In this document: positions 38,967 to 39,411 of the stretch, one piece after another | Layout: each line of letters starts with the position of its first letter | Position numbering within the stretch: the first letter of the stretch is position 1 | From: Acidobacteriota bacterium | Lineage (GTDB): Bacteria > Acidobacteriota > Thermoanaerobaculia > Multivoradales > UBA5704 | NCBI GenBank assembly: GCA_040005235.1 | Contig: JBDTZG010000051.1 | Coordinates: 1-39,411 of the forward strand | Direction: 5' to 3' | Length of the DNA: 39,411 nt | Program-made: the position numbers and the translations under genes | The notes under the pieces: generated by a model | Databases searched by the model: none | Seen by the model: the letters and a program-made list of their open reading frames with translations, nothing else | What the model was told of the DNA's origin: nothing

Positions 38967-39289
38967 CAAATCCTCCTGCACCTGAAATCTGCGCTCCACT
39001 TGGCTGAGTCCGGCCGGTAGGCGGTCACAAGAACCGCCGGACTTGTCCTACCTCGGGGGATTCCCCAAACGGCGTGAAGCGGCCGATTCTCGTCATCTCG
39101 TTGCAAGACCAGGACGCAAGGCCCCTTGGGAAAGTTCGGATAGTCCTCAAGAACCTCACCGCCGGCAACCCCACGGATGATCTCCCTGGCAAGGATACCG
39201 TCCTCTGCCAGTTCGTCATAGCCGTGTTCCGAAATCCTGACTTGCTGGCTACCCACAAGAACCAGGATTCGCTCGAAAGTCTCGCTCAT
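38966..39289 (-). CDS. DUF4258-family protein (putative toxin)
   Basis: [24 protein letters not shown] and [13 protein letters not shown] motifs. Confidence 0.8.
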   Translation of the reverse strand: MSETFERILVLVGSQQVRISEHGYDELAEDGILAREIIRGVAGGEVLEDYPNFPKGPCVLVLQRDDENRPLHAVWGIPRGRTSPAVLVTAYRPDSAKWSADFRCRRI

Positions 39290-39411
39290 GAGCCCGCGCC
39301 GGTTTCTCCCTCATGGGCAGGCGGTCTTCCGGTCGCCTGCCTCGGTTGACTGCTCTCTACTCCGGTTTCCAGACCGGCACGCGACCGGGGGTCCAGGGGG
39401 CTCCGGCGGCG

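Overview
GC-rich bacterial chromosomal window. The gene style (sigma-70-like/TPR pair, Rpn/DUF4351 remnant, many small TA modules) suggests Acidobacteriota/Thermoanaerobaculia, which is an inference. In order it holds: a nucleotidyltransferase pair cut off by the left edge; a minus-strand heavy-metal efflux operon (Cys-rich leader ORF, TolC, adaptor, CzcA/CusA-type RND pump, P1B ATPase); two VapBC-type modules around a secreted repeat protein; a divergent LysR and homogentisate operon (hppD, hmgA, acetoacetate-CoA ligase, unknown, fahA; no maiA); a ParE/addiction module; an amidohydrolase and lipoprotein; a UPF0175/DUF3368 pair; trmFO, xerC, a 21-bp tandem array with a REP pair, hslV, hslU, an FN3 lipoprotein, dapF, tyrS; a sigma-like/TPR pair; a degenerate ApbE-like gene; a deleted Rpn gene; glyQS; and a DUF4258 pair. 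Best leads: (1) a Cys-rich leader whose stop codon overlaps an anti-SD stem over the tolC RBS; (2) a 16-unit 21-bp array with a phased GGA-N4-TCC dyad between xerC and hslV; (3) an unknown enzyme sitting where maleylacetoacetate isomerase is missing; (4) an Rpn gene that lost its nuclease core but keeps a separately translatable C-terminal ORF; (5) antitoxin-derived direct repeats bracketing a second VapBC. All calls come from reading motifs by eye; no searches were run.
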